Positions 55,346 through 64,000 of a stretch of 64,000 bases of DNA are shown here, piece by piece. Origin of the DNA: Opitutales bacterium (lineage in GTDB: Bacteria; Verrucomicrobiota; Verrucomicrobiia; Opitutales; UBA2987); the NCBI GenBank assembly GCA_965226885.1, contig CBDDEL010000016.1:704001-768000 (forward strand), written 5' to 3'. The notes under the pieces were generated by a model. That model saw nothing but the letters and a program-made list of their open reading frames with translations, was not told where the DNA came from and did no database searches. Every line of letters begins with the position of its first letter. The stretch's first letter is position 1. Both the position numbers and the translations under genes were made by a program.

Positions 55346-56773
55346 TCAGCGAAGATTAGCCAGCAGGGCCTTCAGTTTCAAGTTGGTTTCCTGGCGCTCT
55401 TTGGGGGGGTCGGAACCTTGCACGATGCCGTTTCCGGCGTAGAGGCGGGCGCGATGGCCGTCGATTAGGGCGGAGCGGATGGCCACAACCATTTCACCTT
55501 CGGCCCGATGGTTGAACCAGCCCAAAGCTCCGGCGTAGAGTCCACGGTCGAATTTTTCGATTTCAGGAATTTCCGGGAGGGCTTTTTCACGCGGCGAACC
55601 GCCCACCGCCGGTGTCGGGAACAACTCGGCCAGAATGTCGAGAAGATGGATGCCGGGGGGAATTTCAGCTTCAATGGGCGAACGCAAATGTTGCACATTG
55701 GACAATGGCAAGAGCCTGGGTTGATCCGGAGCGTTCGCTTCCAGACCAAGGTTTTTCAAGCGGCGAACAATGGAATCGAGGACCACCCGATGCTCATGCA
55801 AGTCTTTGGGGCTCTCAAGCAGGCTTCGGGCCAGACGGGCGTCCTCCCGGGCGGTTTTGCCCCGGCCGGCTGTGCCCGCGAGGGCTTCGGTTTGCAGCCT
55901 GTTGTTTTCCACCAGCAGGAGGCGTTCGGGGGAGGCCCCAATAAAACTTTGACCCCGGCCATTCCCCACCGAAAACGAATAACAACCCGGATAAACCTCG
56001 CGCAGCCGGTTGAGGGATTGGAGCGGACGCAGGGCCGTTCCGGTTGAAATATCGACCGCCCGAGCCAGCACGATTTTTTCATAGCGCCCCTCTGCAATGC
56101 GGGCCAAGCCTGTTCGCACCGCTTCCTCGAAACCGCCCTCGCCTTGCGCCTCGGTTATTTCCAATGGTTCGCGTTCCGGCCCGTCCATCGAGTTTTCCAC
56201 CGATTTATAATCGAAGGAGGAAAACTTGGCGTGGGCGGCCCAGATTTTTTGAGCCAGGGCCGCCAAATCGCCGTCCGGTTCAACCATGGCATTGGCCACC
56301 GCCGAATAGGAGCCGCCCCGGCGAGCCACCTGCCAGCGGGGTACGAATACGGTGGCCGGAGGGAAATAAGACTCCTCGCCCGATTCATCAAAAAAAGCAA
56401 AGGCGCAATAGAAATGAGGGCCGCTCAAGGGCAAATGTAAATCGCCCACGGCAATGGCATGGGAAAGGGTTTCCCGGGCAAACCGCCGGACGGCCTCAAA
56501 CCGCCCCGGCCCGAAACAGGTTTTTGCAACGATGGCTTCAGCACCGGCCACGGCAATTTCACGGGATGGCTGCTCCAGGTAAAAATGCAGTTCCCCCGGC
56601 TCGAAGATGGATTCCAGAACGGCCAGCGGGTCGATGTGTTTTACCCCCAGGGAAATGCTCGCCAGTTTGGGATGTTGATCCCTGCGAGCCCCATCACGGC
56701 AGCCTTTCAAAAATAACCGGAGGGCCTCAAAATCCCTCGAAGAATGCCCATCTGGAGGAATTATTTTCACCAA
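55346..56773 (-). CDS. menF: Isochorismate synthase
   Basis: KIVLAR, GASPERL, ALAGT, PTPAVGG; operon with menDB. Confidence 0.92.
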   Translation of the reverse strand: MVKIIPPDGHSSRDFEALRLFLKGCRDGARRDQHPKLASISLGVKHIDPLAVLESIFEPGELHFYLEQPSREIAVAGAEAIVAKTCFGPGRFEAVRRFARETLSHAIAVGDLHLPLSGPHFYCAFAFFDESGEESYFPPATVFVPRWQVARRGGSYSAVANAMVEPDGDLAALAQKIWAAHAKFSSFDYKSVENSMDGPEREPLEITEAQGEGGFEEAVRTGLARIAEGRYEKIVLARAVDISTGTALRPLQSLNRLREVYPGCYSFSVGNGRGQSFIGASPERLLLVENNRLQTEALAGTAGRGKTAREDARLARSLLESPKDLHEHRVVLDSIVRRLKNLGLEANAPDQPRLLPLSNVQHLRSPIEAEIPPGIHLLDILAELFPTPAVGGSPREKALPEIPEIEKFDRGLYAGALGWFNHRAEGEMVVAIRSALIDGHRARLYAGNGIVQGSDPPKERQETNLKLKALLANLR

Positions 56774-56824
56774 TAAACGCTTCCTCGGGGTAAAATTAGT
56801 TCACTCGGATATTTCTCAATCCGT

Positions 56825-58354
56825 TTATTTGCGGGTTTTTGGAAAGAGGATGGCAGCTTTACCCAAAGTATTGCCCTGCAACCTTTCGCTCCAGTCCAAA
56901 TGGCCCTTCCAGGTAGAAATGGCCGGACTTCCCAGAAGATCGTAGATTTTCCCGCTGGTTTCCGGAATCACCGGCATGAGTATCGTTGCCGCTAGGCGCA
57001 GACTCTCGGCCATTGAAGCGAGAGCCGTCTCCAGACGTTGACGATCCTCGGGAGATTCCGATTTAGCCAGTTTCCAGGGAGCCCGCGTCTCGGCATAGCG
57101 ATTCACGGAACCGATGAACTGTAAGGTCCGCTCCAATGCCGTATGCAATCGAAATCCCTCATACAGCCCGGCGATTTCCTTCTGCACCGTACCCCAGGCT
57201 GCCCGCAGGTCATTTTCCGGCTCTTCAGATACCTGAGTCGCCGGCACGACTCCTTCGCAATAACGATGCGTCATGTTGAGCAGGCGGCTGACTAAGTTGC
57301 CCAGGTCGTTGGCCAGATCGCTGTTGTAGCGCGACATGAATTTTTCGAGCGTAAAATCGCTGTCCTGACCGACATTCATTTCCCGCGTCACATAGTAACG
57401 AAAGGCATCGGCACCGAATTCCTCGATCAAATCCAGCGGATCGATGGTTTCTCCCTCGCTTTTGGACATTTTTTTACCTGAAGTTGTCCAAAATCCGTGC
57501 ACCAGAAAGCCACCCGGAGGCTCGATTCCCCCCGCTTTCAACATAATCGGCCAATAAACCGAATGGGGCGGCACCAGGATATCCTTGCCGATCACGTGGC
57601 GGTTGGCGGGCCAATAGGTCTCGAAATCGGGTGTGCCCGGTGGCATTGCGGATAGGTAATTAAGAACGGCGTCGAACCACACATAGGTCACGTAATCCTC
57701 ATCGAAGGGCAATGGTATCCCCCAGGAAAGCCTCTCCTTCGGGCGTGACAAACAGAGGTCGTTAACCGGCTCCTTGAGAAATTCGAGAACCTGATTGGCC
57801 CGGAATTGCGGGAAAATAAATCCCTCGTGCGACTTGATATGCTCGATCAGCCAATCCTGATATTTGCCGAGGCGGAAGAAATAGTTGGGCTCGGTAATTT
57901 CAACCACTTCGCCGTAGATTTCCGGCCATTGCCCGTCGACCTTCTCCTTTTCGAGGATGAATTGCTCGGCCCTGATGCTGTAAAAACCCCGGTAAAAATC
58001 CTTGTAAATATCCCCCTGCTCGTAGAGTTTTTGCAATAAATTCTGCACCACCTTTTTGTGACGCTGTTCCGTGGTGCGGATATAGTCGTCATTGGATATA
58101 TTGAGCCGTTTAAGCAAATCCAGGAACTCCGCCGCGATTTCGTCCACAAACTCCTGAGGCTCGACACCCTTTTTCTGAGCGCTTTGCTGCACCTTCAACC
58201 CATGCTCGTCGAGGCCCGTCAGAAAACGCACATCCAGTCCCTGCAAGCGCTGGAATCGCGCCACTACATCGGCCAGCACCTTTTCATAGGCATGGCCCAG
58301 GTGCGGCGAGCCGTTGGCGTAGTCGATAGCCGTGGTTATGTAAAAAGTTTTCAT
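56825..58354 (-). CDS. metG: Methionyl-tRNA synthetase
   Basis: HLGH, YVWFDA, GKDI, KMSKS. Confidence 0.96.
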   Translation of the reverse strand: MKTFYITTAIDYANGSPHLGHAYEKVLADVVARFQRLQGLDVRFLTGLDEHGLKVQQSAQKKGVEPQEFVDEIAAEFLDLLKRLNISNDDYIRTTEQRHKKVVQNLLQKLYEQGDIYKDFYRGFYSIRAEQFILEKEKVDGQWPEIYGEVVEITEPNYFFRLGKYQDWLIEHIKSHEGFIFPQFRANQVLEFLKEPVNDLCLSRPKERLSWGIPLPFDEDYVTYVWFDAVLNYLSAMPPGTPDFETYWPANRHVIGKDILVPPHSVYWPIMLKAGGIEPPGGFLVHGFWTTSGKKMSKSEGETIDPLDLIEEFGADAFRYYVTREMNVGQDSDFTLEKFMSRYNSDLANDLGNLVSRLLNMTHRYCEGVVPATQVSEEPENDLRAAWGTVQKEIAGLYEGFRLHTALERTLQFIGSVNRYAETRAPWKLAKSESPEDRQRLETALASMAESLRLAATILMPVIPETSGKIYDLLGSPAISTWKGHLDWSERLQGNTLGKAAILFPKTRK

Positions 58355-58436
58355 CGGTAATGAATGGAACGGGGGTAAATATTCTTCAGCGGGCAGTTGT
58401 GGAGAAAAAGAAGCTAAACGGCAAGTCCGCGAATGC

Positions 58437-59984
58437 CTAATTTTTCAGCCAGCTTTCTTCCCGGATGAGAAAATTGAGCGTTTCCCGGTATTCCCCTAAT
58501 TCGCCCCAAAAATGAACTTCGGCCCCATTGCCCATGTTATGCAGGGCATCGCGAATTTCTTTCATGAATGAGCCGACCGTAAAATAGCGATCCCCAATCC
58601 TCACCCCGGTCTCTCTCTCGCCCACAATCAAGACCCCTTTAACCTCGTAAACCTTACCAAACCGCTCTCCCAACCCGGCGTCCGGTATTTCCGCCAGTTC
58701 TTCCATCGGCCCTACCGCTGTTGCGTCCAGGCCCTTATAGTCAACCAGCAATGGCTCGCTTTTATTACCGTTGCCATCAGGCACGCCAGGGTCTTCCAGG
58801 GAGACAGATCGATCCGCATCATTATCCTCAACCGTGCGAAATCGGGCCCCAACCGGAAAATGGTCCGAATAACCGCCGCCGTCCGGTCCAAAAAAGCTCC
58901 ACCTTCTGGGCTCGCCAAACGCCTCTCCCGCATTCAACCCCGCTACCGACAAAACGAAATAGGAATTATCCACGTATTGGACGCCCTTGAAGTCATACAA
59001 TCCACGAGTTAGCATCAGCGTCCCCCATCGGCCCCTATAAACTTCACTGCCCCTCTTCCCCGCCGGGACTTCCAGCCAGAGATTGTAAAGGTCAACTTCA
59101 TCATCCTCAAGTAGGGCTTTTTCATCCTCACGCGAACGTAAAACGTCATTCAATGCGGTTTGCTTCATCGCCGGGTTGCGGTCTTTCTGGTCGTAATAAG
59201 AATTGAAATCGCCCCCCAAAATAATGTCGGCTGACGGATTTTCTGCCAACAACTCGTCCAGCCTCTTACGCAAAACACCCGCGTTCTGAATACGCAAAGC
59301 TTCGGTGCCGGGGTTGGAAGCGCCTGATTTCCAATGATTGTCGAAAATCACCAGCAAATGCCCATCCACCGATAGCCCAACTTCGAGAATATCCCTGGCC
59401 CTCTCCAATGGATGAAACTTCGCGTATTGGATGGGAAACCTGGAAAAAACGACATTATTCTGCACCGTTCGCTCCTCCAGAGGAACCGACGCCACCGGTT
59501 TTATCACATGATACCCGGCCAGTCCATTATCCTCCATATATTTAAGCAAAAGCGCTTCCACCGGCAGCCCCCCGATGGCATCGTCAAAACCGGTCGTCAA
59601 TAGGACATCGACCGTGGTGTCGGCATATTCACCTAAAAATACCTCATAATCGGCAACCCCGGATTCGGGAGTACGATCCAGTTCAATCTCCTGAAACAGG
59701 ATAATCTCCGGCCCCTTTCCCTCATCAACCAAAGAAAGTATGCGCCCGATATTGCGAATTTTTGTCAGCACCTTGCGCGGAGTATAGGCAAAGTCTGACG
59801 GCTCATCATCATCTTCATCAACGGCGTATTGACTATACCTGGCAATCCCATCGGCATCGAAAAGATTCTCCACATTATAAACCAGCAACGTAAACTCCCG
59901 CCCCAAACCAACATTCGAGCCCAAAAGCAAACCCAACGCAACCAACACCAAGCAGTTAACCCCCCCCCAATTCAAAAAATTCAT
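58437..59984 (-). CDS. Secreted endonuclease/exonuclease/phosphatase-family protein
   Basis: YNVENLFD, QE, NHWKS, GDFN, SDHFPV. Confidence 0.88.
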   Translation of the reverse strand: MNFLNWGGVNCLVLVALGLLLGSNVGLGREFTLLVYNVENLFDADGIARYSQYAVDEDDDEPSDFAYTPRKVLTKIRNIGRILSLVDEGKGPEIILFQEIELDRTPESGVADYEVFLGEYADTTVDVLLTTGFDDAIGGLPVEALLLKYMEDNGLAGYHVIKPVASVPLEERTVQNNVVFSRFPIQYAKFHPLERARDILEVGLSVDGHLLVIFDNHWKSGASNPGTEALRIQNAGVLRKRLDELLAENPSADIILGGDFNSYYDQKDRNPAMKQTALNDVLRSREDEKALLEDDEVDLYNLWLEVPAGKRGSEVYRGRWGTLMLTRGLYDFKGVQYVDNSYFVLSVAGLNAGEAFGEPRRWSFFGPDGGGYSDHFPVGARFRTVEDNDADRSVSLEDPGVPDGNGNKSEPLLVDYKGLDATAVGPMEELAEIPDAGLGERFGKVYEVKGVLIVGERETGVRIGDRYFTVGSFMKEIRDALHNMGNGAEVHFWGELGEYRETLNFLIREESWLKN

Positions 59985-60105
59985 TTTTAAAAGAAAATAT
60001 TCAGCATTCATCAATCTAAGGTATCCATTCAGTAGTTAATAAAAAAAGCAATCCCGCCCAATAAAAAATCATCCAGAATCCAATATCCATATTCATCCGT
60101 AGTTA

Positions 60106-61936
60106 GAGGCTGTCCCAAAAATATAAAGATTTTATAGTCAACTGGATGACGTTGATAAAAAGAGCCGGAAAGAGCAAGTTTTTGCTCGATCCGGCCAAAA
60201 AAGGGTTCTATAATTGAGTTAGCGAAAATCAATATAGCCCTTTCTATGAAAAATATAGCCATCCAATGCCTCCTGCGTCCAGCTTTAACTGTGGTCGACC
60301 GGTGCCTCGATTACGATAACTTCCGCGCCACCATTGATCGAATCGATCGGCTGCTGATCGACTCGGAGGTGGAATCGCAGGCCATTGAGCTGGCCTTGGA
60401 GGGGTGGCCGCCAATGGGTCTAAAGGCCCGGCGGCAGCGGGCCAGTTTTGCCATCAAGGCACTGCGCATGGATACGCTGGGCCGTCTGCTCGGAGGGATT
60501 TCGTTTCGGCATTTGTCGCGGGCTCTGGGCAGCAGCGATCTGTTGGCCGACTTTTGCCGTGTCCGGCAGATCGATGGCATCAGGGGCATCTCCAAAAGCA
60601 CCCTGGAGCGGGCCTCGAAGTTTTTCAGCGAAGAGCAGTTGAGGGCCTTGCACCGGACCTTGACTGAGGTGGTGGGCGATGCCCTTCTGGCCCGGCAGGT
60701 GGGATTGGACAAGCCGATTGACACCACCATTTGCCTGATCGACGGCACCTGTTTGGAGGCTAACATTCATTGGCCGACGGACTGGGTATTACTCAAGGAT
60801 GTAGCCGGCACGTTGCTCAAAGCGATCCGGCTGATCCGCGAGAAGGCCGGTTTGCGCCATCGCATGCCGATCGAACCGGAGCCCTTGGCTCGGCAGATGA
60901 ATCGGCTGTGCATACAGATGACCCACAGCCGGCGGCGAAAGGACAGCGCGCGGCAGCGCAAGGGTATCTTGAGGCAGATGAAAAAGCTGCTCAAACGGAT
61001 CGGGGAGCATGCCCGCAGTCACCGGGAATCAGTCACCGGGAATTATTGCAAGCCTGCTGGGAGCAAAGCGATTACAGCGAAAAACAGGTCCAACAGATCC
61101 TCGCCCGGATGGAGCGCATGAGCGAGCAAATCCCGGTGGTCATCAAACAGGCGCACGAGCGGATCATTGGCGGCCGCCAGGTGAAAAACGCAGAGAAAGT
61201 CTTGAGTGTTTACGAACTCGATGGGCAGGTGATTGTGCGAGGTAAAGCGGGCCAAGAGGTCGAGTTCGGCAACACCCTGTTTTTGGGAGAAAGCGTTGAA
61301 GGGTACCTGCTGGACTGGAAACTCTACGGCAGCCGAACTCCAAGCGAAAATGAACAAATGCAAGAGAGTTTGCAAAGACAGAACCGCTTCAACCTGGAAG
61401 AACCCATAGCGGCCATGTGCGCGGACCGGGGATTTGCCTCCCAGCGGGCCCGCCGGCAGTTAGCCCAGGAGGGAATCTACGACGCGCTCTGTCCACGCGA
61501 TCCGAAGCAGTTGAAAAAACGGATGGAGGAACCACTGTTCAGACAATTGCAAAAGCGCCGGGCCAGCACCGAAGGGCGGATCGGGGTATTGAAGAATCGC
61601 TGGCAGGCCGGGCGGTTGCGCAGCAAAGGCTTTGCCAACCGCTCGATCAGCGTAGCCTGGTCGGTACTCTCGCACAACCTATGGAAAGTAGCCAAGATGC
61701 TGGCCCAGCAAGACGAACTAAAAACCAAAGCGGCGGCCTAGAGAGCGGAAAAGCAAGGACAATACTTTTTCACAGCCGTACTGTCGGCTCATACAAAGAA
61801 AACCAGGCAACCGGACCCCAAAACCAGTATACTAACGTCATAGGAGAGCAAAGTTGATACTCTCCCAAATGCAAATACCTCTAAAATGAGCGCCTATCAA
61901 AAGCCCTCGCAAAAATCACCCTTTTGGGACAGCCTC
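60106..61936 (+). mobile_element. IS5/ISNCY-like element, copy D
   Basis: IRs GAGGCTGTCCCAAAA; flanks TAGTTA / TAGGCT do not match. Confidence 0.93.
60246..61741 (+). pseudogene. IS5/ISNCY-like transposase, frameshifted by 14-bp duplication
   Basis: 1496 bp versus 1482 bp; CAGTCACCGGGAAT doubled at 61016-61043. Confidence 0.9.
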
Positions 61937-62040
61937 TAGGCTACAAACCGTTGCGCTATGACGGCCTGAGAAAAGCCCTCCTCGGTCTGACCACCATTGA
62001 AGAAGTCGAAAGGCTCGCCGGGTTCGAATGGGCCACCTGA
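61937..62040 (+). pseudogene. C-terminal remnant of a GspE/PilB-family ATPase
   Basis: GYKPLRYDGLRKALLGLTTIEEVERLAGFEWAT* matches the family C-terminal LR.DG..K...G.TT.EEV.R motif. Confidence 0.75.
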
Positions 62041-62052
62041 GAGGCCCGCAGC

Positions 62053-63567
62053 TTATTCCAAAGTCAAACCGCTGGGTTCGTAGGGCACATCCTCGTTGAG
62101 GCTGAAGTAGTGAAGCCAGCGGAAGGTTTCAAAGGAACCCGTGCCCACGTAATACCAGAGCCAGGCCGCTCCTTCGGCTTTGTAGAGAAATCGGTAAAGG
62201 CCGTTATTACTGGTCCAGAACCAGCCCAGTTTGTCGTCCCAAAACCAGATCGAGGATTGCGACTGGCCCGAATTCCATATCCAGCCATGCTCGGCATGGA
62301 AAATCCAGGGGTAGCTTTGCGTGTTGACGGCGAAGTCTCCGAACCAGTCCGAGCGGACCCAGTCATCGAAAAGAAATTTCACATCGGCCCAAAGTGGAGG
62401 CAGGGTTTTATCGGCCAGTTGCCGACCCGTATGCTCGCTATCATGGGAAAATTGCGGCCAGGTTTCCAGGGCTGGGGCCAGGCCGGTTTCGACCGCGTAT
62501 AAATTTCCATCGAAGACTCCGATGTAAACTTTGCCGTTTGCGCTCAGGGTGGGGGAGGAATCTATTACGTCGGGAAGCGTCAACTGCCACCGGAATTGTC
62601 CGTCAAAGGAGTAGGAAAATAAACGGCTGTCGCCGTCGCCAACAAAAGAGGCAAAGTAAACATTCCCTTCGGCATCGACCGCGGGGGAGCTATAGACAAT
62701 CTCGCCCACCGCAGCCGACCAGGATTCCACCCCGTCGGTGTCGAGGGCGTAAAAATAACCGTCGCGGGAAGCAAAATACAGGTTCCCGAACACATCGATG
62801 GCCGGAGAGCTATCCACTTCCCCTTCCGCTTCAAATTTCCAGCGCAAGTTTCCATCCGCATCGACCGAGTAAAAAAAGTAATTGTCGGAGCCGAAATATA
62901 TATTCCCATCCGCGTCGATGGCTGGCGATGAAAGGATATGATTGTCCCGGTTGGCCACCGTATCGGTCGTAAAGGTCCATTTTTGCGTACCATCGGGATT
63001 CAGGGCGTAAAGGTTGCCGTCGTAACAGCCGAAATAGATGGTGCCGTCCTCTGCCAGGGCAGGGGAGGAATCCAGTTCATCGGGGGCTAAAAACTCCCAT
63101 TTGAGGGAACCGTCCGCATTGAGGGCGTAAAAACTGGCATCGGAAGAACCGAAATAGATGGTGCCGTCGGTGCCAATGGCAGGGGAGGCAATGATCAGGC
63201 TATCGGTTTCAAACCTCCAGAGTTCATTTCCGGTTTCCGCGTCGAGGGCGTAGAGGTTGTTATCCCAGGAACCGACATAGAGGACACCACCCGAACCCAG
63301 GGCCGGAGACGAGTCGAACCAGTCTGCGCCGGTAAAGGCCCATTTTTGCGACCCATCGGCATTGACCGCGTATAGTTTGTTGTCTTCTGAACCGATGAAA
63401 ATGGTCTCCGAATTGGAAACGGCGGCTGATGAAAAGAGGATTCCTGCGGTGGAAAATCTCCACAATTCCTCCCCTTGTTCCTGAGCTTCAGCCAAGTTAA
63501 TGGCAAACCGGAAAATAATGAGAAAAAAGGCGATCAACAATTTGAGGAAAGGTCTCTGATTTTTCAT
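62053..63567 (-). CDS. Secreted PQQ-like beta-propeller protein with Trp-rich C-terminal domain
   Basis: About eight SSPA...DG.IY.GS.D..YA...G..KW repeats after a signal peptide. Confidence 0.88.
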   Translation of the reverse strand: MKNQRPFLKLLIAFFLIIFRFAINLAEAQEQGEELWRFSTAGILFSSAAVSNSETIFIGSEDNKLYAVNADGSQKWAFTGADWFDSSPALGSGGVLYVGSWDNNLYALDAETGNELWRFETDSLIIASPAIGTDGTIYFGSSDASFYALNADGSLKWEFLAPDELDSSPALAEDGTIYFGCYDGNLYALNPDGTQKWTFTTDTVANRDNHILSSPAIDADGNIYFGSDNYFFYSVDADGNLRWKFEAEGEVDSSPAIDVFGNLYFASRDGYFYALDTDGVESWSAAVGEIVYSSPAVDAEGNVYFASFVGDGDSRLFSYSFDGQFRWQLTLPDVIDSSPTLSANGKVYIGVFDGNLYAVETGLAPALETWPQFSHDSEHTGRQLADKTLPPLWADVKFLFDDWVRSDWFGDFAVNTQSYPWIFHAEHGWIWNSGQSQSSIWFWDDKLGWFWTSNNGLYRFLYKAEGAAWLWYYVGTGSFETFRWLHYFSLNEDVPYEPSGLTLE

Positions 63568-63588
63568 GGAAATGGTAAAGCTTCGGGA

Positions 63589-64000
63589 TCAGGCGTCTTT
63601 GACCGCCGATTTATCAAGGGTGAGTAAAAAACAGGCGCCGCCGGTTCCATTTTTCTCCAGGGAAAGCTCCCCGCCGATGTGCCCGGCCAACTGCCGGCTG
63701 ATGGCCAGGCCAAGCCCGGAACCTCCGGGTTTGCTTGATTTGCAGGGTGTGAACAGGTTTTCCAGCATGTTCCGCGGAATCCCCGGTCCGGCGTCGGTTA
63801 CCCGGAGGTATAGTTTTTCCTCATTGCCTTCCATCGTAAAGCGGATCTCTTTGCCCGCCGGAGTCGCTTCTACGGCATTTTGCACCAGGTTCATGAGGAT
63901 GAGCATGAGCAGGTTGCCCCGCCGGTTGGCCAGGCGAGCCTCCGGCGTTTTCTCGTTTGCCGAAAACAAGACACCTGATTTTTTGGCCGCCGGTTCCGCT
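63589..64000 (-). CDS. Sensor histidine kinase, C-terminal HATPase part (runs off window)
   Basis: NLVQNA, DAGPG, F box, GSGLGL. Confidence 0.88.
   Translation of the reverse strand, partial: AEPAAKKSGVLFSANEKTPEARLANRRGNLLMLILMNLVQNAVEATPAGKEIRFTMEGNEEKLYLRVTDAGPGIPRNMLENLFTPCKSSKPGGSGLGLAISRQLAGHIGGELSLEKNGTGGACFLLTLDKSAVKDA

Noticed and set aside
3108..60105. Simple inversion between IS copies A and D (both have TAGTTA on the left)
   Set aside because: An inversion would give reverse-complement flanks (TAACTA) and matching remaining flanks; neither holds, and TANNTA targets can coincide by chance.
60020..60105. Two degenerate ATCC...GTAGTTA repeats resembling a REP-like element
   Set aside because: Too short and degenerate, and truncated by the IS, to support a call.
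46071..61936. Composite transposon bounded by copies C and D
   Set aside because: Copy C has its own TSD, the outer flanks differ, and the cargo is housekeeping genes.

Overview
Bacterial chromosomal window with no rRNA, tRNA or CRISPR array; gene style suggests Verrucomicrobiota/Opitutales (inference). It holds nine IS copies from four families: 2x IS1380, 4x IS5/ISNCY-like, 2x IS1 and 1x IS3. Two are nested in other IS copies and several disrupt genes. Core genes include holB, tmk, tolQ/exbD/tonB-like, lpxK, topB, fbaA, menFDB and metG. A ~27 kb region (16.1-43.3 kb) looks like an N-heterocycle (pterin/purine-like) uptake and catabolism system. It has 2 creatininase-like genes, an NCS2 permease, a deaminase, 3 tandem FAD oxidoreductases, a CocE hydrolase and an ABC system with 4 binding proteins, one fused to a Moco-fold-like domain and cytochrome c. 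Embedded in it is a cytochrome c oxidase operon whose subunit I keeps the D-channel but has the canonical K-channel residues substituted. The window also shows at least 10 independent exact short tandem duplications (2-23 bp), which cause most of the visible frameshifts. All family assignments come from motif recognition by eye, not database searches.
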